Shown piece after piece: positions 58,993 to 64,000 of a stretch of 64,000 nt of DNA. The stretch is taken from positions 1-64,000 of the forward strand of contig NW_026929514.1 in the NCBI RefSeq assembly GCF_032062105.1. Reading direction: 5' to 3'. This DNA is from Saccostrea cucullata. Lineage: Eukaryota. Numbering within the stretch: position 1 is the stretch's first letter; each line of letters opens with the position of its first letter. The notes below the pieces were generated by a model. The model made no database searches. It saw nothing but the letters and a program-made list of their open reading frames with translations, and was not told the DNA's origin. The translations under genes were made by a program, and so were the position numbers.

Positions 58993-61900
58993 TACCGGGT
59001 ATTTCTTAAAAATTAATAATAGGAAAACATCAGTATTTATTATGTGTACGTGCTAGCATTGCTAAATTGAATCAGATTTATTTTTAGACCGTGCTGTATT
59101 TTAGATACAGAATAGTTGGCAAATACAATACTGTATACAAGGCTAATGCAGAACGGAAAGTAGCTCCGCCCACCACAGTCCCGTTCTGTATTGCTAATAC
59201 AGAACAGTAAACTTCAAAGAAAAACACCGCTATCGTGTCACAATTTGTGTTATAGACTTCTTATGGGTACACACATATTTTTTGTATGGACACTTCCGTA
59301 CGAGTACCATGTGATCCATATTTTGTTAACTGCATGGGTCTTAATTGAGAGGACTCAATCTATTCATCACGCTTCTTTGATAGCATCGATACAAGTTACG
59401 AGAACAGTAGTCCTGTCTCAGAAAATAAACTGGTAAAGAGGAGAGGGATTTCTAAATGTAATATGTGATTGATAATTGAATGTTGCTTTACCCCATTTAA
59501 GGATTTTTCAACCAGATAAAAAGATCATCCACTTAAGGTCAAATGTTTATGCATAGTTGCATTACTGACCAACGCCTAACGCGGGACGGGACCTTTTTTT
59601 TTTTAAAGATAATATCCAAAAGACCCATGAATTTAACCTACAGGTTTCAAGAGTGCAAAAGGAGCATCAAACCATTAGGGTCCATTTTGTACCTGGGATG
59701 TTGTAAAACTCTTAAGCCCGTATACTAGTATATATGAAATACGAAAACCTCTGATATGCATAGTTGAAGGAACTGTTAAAATTCTACTCAATTTTGATGT
59801 TGTGCCGTTCGACACGGGGGGGGGGGGTCTCAACTTTTATAAATGTAAATACATAAAGTTTAGATGGCATTTTTAATTGAATATATCGTGCAACACTAGT
59901 ACTCCAGTAATTAAATACAACCGCTCTGAGTTATACATGTGTATGTATTGACTACTTACATGTATATGGATAGTCAACATGTACTTGCATTGCTATTTTT
60001 ATGCTATTAATTCTTTATTTTTTGCAATTGTTGAATTTCTTTTCTTAATTACTAATTCAGTTTTATTTAATCACAATCAAAATCCATTCAGTGCTTTCAA
60101 CATTTGATACATAACCTTTAGAGTTCAATAGAAACTTAGACACCTCATTTCAAACATAGTTATTTTATGCGTAAAATAAGTACCACATCTACAGAAATAA
60201 TATATAATTACAATATAATCATATATGATAGAGATAATACTTATTAATAAATTGCAAATCAAACTTTTTCATTATCATACAGTGTGAATTTCGTAAAGAT
60301 TTACGTTTAAAATATGCAAAATGTGGATGCATCGGAATTCTTGTTATAAAAAATATCTTGAACCTTAAATTAAAAAAATCTTCGAATTTATTACTTAGGT
60401 CTGATGTATTTCCGACATAAATAAACAACTTTTCATCATTTACATTCAGAAACATATATGGAAACTTAATTAAAATAGACCTACCCTCAATTTTTCTTTA
60501 ACTGACGGCCATTTTTTATCTCTAAATCACGTGACTTAGATGATCGATGCTGAAAAACAAACATCAAAATCATGAACTAGAATGATTATAGTTATATAAA
60601 ATCACATTTTAAAGTGATTTTATCGTAGGCCGGAAAATAGCCTTATAGAGAATGAACTTTTGTCTAGCTGTAAATAAAAAAACATAGACAAAAAGATTTT
60701 TTTATTCGGGACGAATGTACCTAGAGGTGTGATGTTTTTGATCGTTTTAGTGACCTCAATTAAAATCTTAATGGAATAACCTGAAACCCCTTTCTAATAG
60801 AATGTCTCACTAGTATATAAGTAACAAACACTGAAAGGCTGTGTCATTCCTGTTACAGCGGAGAAGAAATTAGGTAATATTTATTTGTTATGTTTAAACT
60901 TCTTGACTGATACAGTTGATCTGTGGCCCGAACAGAGCCGAAGCTGTTCAATTGTTTGAGATAGTTTGCCATTTTATTATTTTTAAACAAAGTAAGCGTT
61001 AAGAACTCAATTATACATTGCACAAGTTTATTTTTACAGAATTTATGAATTTCTGGACCACTTCGTCAAGTATTACGGTGCTGGAAAGGGCTCTTTGAAT
61101 GTGTAATCTTCTGATAGATGCTATTCCCCTTTTGTCATTTACCTACAATGATCATACTGAAAAAAGTATACTGCTAAAGTGCATGACGATCAAAGATTTG
61201 TTTTTAACAGAGGAAGTACACTTTTGAATTACAAACTTTGCAACCAATCGTTTGGGTATCTTGAGAAAGATACCGATTAAGATTATCATATACATGTATT
61301 AAGCTTATTAAAAATAAAATCACGCATTAATGAGCATGATTAAGGCTAGGAATTAGCTTTTTAAAAAAAGTAGTCCCGACGCTGGGATGGTTTTATTTGA
61401 TAAAAGGGTTCAATAGTCTAGTATCAGGTGGTTGGACCATATGATGTTCACTTTTTATAAAATCAATTTGTTTGTTTTGCCATCGGGCCTTCATGAATTC
61501 AATCGGTGCTTTCAGAACTTTTCCTTTCCTGCGTCCGTCCAGTGAGGATTAAGGTCAATAGCCATGAAGCATAATCGTATCCTCCCATCATTTGAGCCTA
61601 CTGAGGTTGAAATGTTTCCCAGCGGCCTCTTTGGTTTTCTTGGTCTTGAGATGGTGAAACTGCTCTTATTGATATTCCACGGAGGTCAAAAGCCACTCAG
61701 GTCAAATGCCATGAACAAACAAAATAAATTGATTTTACTAGAATAAAAACTCTTCAGTCCAATCACCTGATATTCGCCCAGAAGCTCGTTCTATGAGGTA
61801 CATATACAGCTTAGTATATCTGAGGTATCTCTACCTATCTTAATGTGGTTAATTATATGGAATTCCATTTAAGACAGTCAGCTGCACATTGCAACAACAT

Positions 61901-62634
61901 GTACATGTATAAATGGGTTATGTACTTTTTTATGCAATAGAAGCAACATTAATTCCCATACTAACAAATAATTGGTTATTGTTGATATTTAAACATCTAA
62001 AGTAGGATTAAGTTGACTAAATGATGTATTAATAATTGGCATGTTGGTCATTGTACATTTAATTGATAGAGGAGTCACCGGTAAAGAAATCTGTGCAGGT
62101 GCGTAAATTGTGTTACTACAGCCATGTCAATTATGCGTATATCATAATTTTGTTATTATGTAAATCTGATGTATCTGCTGATACAAAGAATAAAAGAACT
62201 ACTTATAACACTTGCTTTGGGCTTTTGCAGTTGGACACCGTACTATCAACTGTTACCTCCATTCGAATGTTGACTCGATATATCCTAGTGAAATAATCAC
62301 AGAGTCTGTCAAATCTGTTTCAGTCATTTGAGTCAAATTTAAGTCAAATGCTGACTGATGATTTCTATACTAATTGTTGGACTGTTATTAACCGTCTGAA
62401 CTGTTGACGGATTTTCCCATTATTTCCCGGTCATGGCAAGAAGCACACGAGCAGTGGGTTTGACCGATCGACCGGGGACGCTCTCTCCTCCATGTCACCC
62501 GATCCTATCTCATGTTTTAGAGGTCTATGTTTGCTCTGCTCCTGATTTGTTTTGTCTGATTGAACTTTTGAGCTTGAATATTGTTAACTTTGTTATAATT
62601 ACTAGTATGCATGTATTTCATATGGATGTTTGTC

Positions 62635-62930
62635 GCTCGCGTGGCGCACTGTTTCTGCTCTAGAGTCGCGAAGTGAGGAGTTGATCCTTACGTCGCAGGC
62701 TCGAATCCCACTGTGGGAAGTGGAGATCGGTCCTTCGGATGAGACCGTATAAACCGTGGTCCCGTGTCGCAGTAGGTGCTGGCACGAAAAAAGATCCCTC
62801 CCTGCTCAATGGACCTACAGTAAGTGACGAGTATAGGACAAAAATTTGCAGCTCTCCACCGGCAAGTGGCGGCGTGTCCATATGAGTGAAAAATTCTCGA
62901 GAGGGACATTCAACAATATACAATCAATCA
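62635..62930 (+). mobile_element. tRNA-derived SINE with Deu/Nin-like central domain and (CAAT)n tail
   Basis: Box B-like ggctcgaatccc; cttcggatgagaccgtataaaccgtggtcccgtgt matches the Deu/Nin core as I recall it; tail caatcaatcaa. Confidence 0.75.
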
Positions 62931-63351
62931 AACGAAAGCGAAACAGGTAGTAAAGTCTCTGGAATAATTTGAATTCACTCTTCTGAGAAAAAAGACTGAA
63001 CATGTCAAACCCAGAATAATATATATGTACTATGTAGACAAAAATGCTATAAATCCCTTGTTTGAAACAATAAATAATATTGGCAACTTCGTTGATAAAC
63101 ATGCTATAAGTTTAATATTCAGGAAAATGAAAGTAAGCATAAAATCTCAAAATTGCAACGGACCAAAATTTCTCAGCTTATGAAATAATCAACTATTACT
63201 AATTTGAAATCTAGACAACACTGAATTACTTGTCATGCTAAGTAAAGCTATAATATAGAATATCATGAATATGTCGAATTTTCAAAATACTTAAATGCTT
63301 ACTTCCGGTAAAGGGAGAAGTCATTAAAAACGAAATTTAAATAAAAATAAT

Positions 63352-63570
63352 GAAGAGAGATGTCTCTTATCAATAAAGAGATATCTCTTTTTGCTTGAGA
63401 TATCTCTTTTGGACACTTTTGAAAGATTTCTCTTTCATTTTGAGAGATATCTCTTAAGATAAACTAAGAGAGATATCTCTGTTACTTTGAGATATATCTC
63501 TTAAACTTGGAAAGATATCTCCCTTAGTGAAAGAGATATCTCTTAAACGTTCAGAGATTTCTCTCAAGGG
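63352..63570. repeat. Cluster of palindromic AGAGATATCTCT repeats (probable TE subterminal region)
   Basis: About 10 variants of agagatatctct. Confidence 0.7.
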
Positions 63571-64000
63571 ATTTTTAATGTTGACATTCTACATTTGACT
63601 TTAATTATTGCATGCCAAGGGTATATTATTTGACATGGGGTCTTTTGTAAATAATTTGATTGCAAATGGAATTTCATTTCTCGAAGAGGAAATCAATAGA
63701 TTAGAATTTGAATTGACAAGGGATAGGCACACAACACCTTTAGTTGAACGTCATACAAGTCATAGACATTTGGCAGACCATACGCCTCGAAAAAATGTGA
63801 TGGCCGGACTGAATATCAGACGGCAATATAAAGGGAGTGGCTAGCCGTTTGTCGGAACATCCGAATTTGGATGGTCGTTTGGCAGGTCAGAGAGGTATGG
63901 CACGCCAAGTGGAAGGTCAGAACAGTATGACATGCTATCACTATGACATCGAATAACACAGGACATAGCTATTAGTCCTTTGGCACACAACGGTGACAAT

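Larger units (their letters stand above)
57267..60654. mobile_element. Large non-autonomous TIR element enclosing further insertions
   Basis: cattctctataaggccgttttgcggcctac / gtaggccggaaaatagccttatagagaatg; no clear TSD. Confidence 0.6.

Noticed and set aside
61480-61800. GC-richer, coding-looking patch
   Set aside because: No frame gave a recognisable protein or supported splice sites.
63608-63844. 78-aa ORF near the window end
   Set aside because: No recognisable domain; probably TE-internal, and context is cut off by the window edge.

Overview
AT-rich eukaryotic (intron-rich) DNA, most likely a bivalve/oyster-type mollusc. This is inferred from pearl/Cg170-like satellite-carrying Helentron-type elements, a Deu/Nin-domain SINE and TTAGGG repeats. 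Five spliced host genes alternate in orientation: CCDC154-like (-, runs off the left edge, three candidate alternative first exons), GRWD1 (+), CIAO3/NARFL (-), MLST8 (+, first intron U12-type) and BRI3 (-). They form two tight head-to-head pairs. A young, full-length DIRS1-type tyrosine-recombinase retrotransposon (1274-6590, -) sits in a CCDC154 intron, with ITRs, an internal complementary region and two small indels. Its sequence suggests an expression scheme that combines a -1 frameshift with an internal intron to give Gag, Gag-Pol and Gag-YR. The introns hold nested MITEs, satellite-bearing elements (two carrying RFX X-box arrays) and three independent duplications of an exon end plus its splice donor. 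The right end is a TE graveyard: a Ty3/Gypsy relic split by an L2-type LINE, nested TIR elements, a long hairpin and a SINE. All coordinates were read by eye and no database searches were run.
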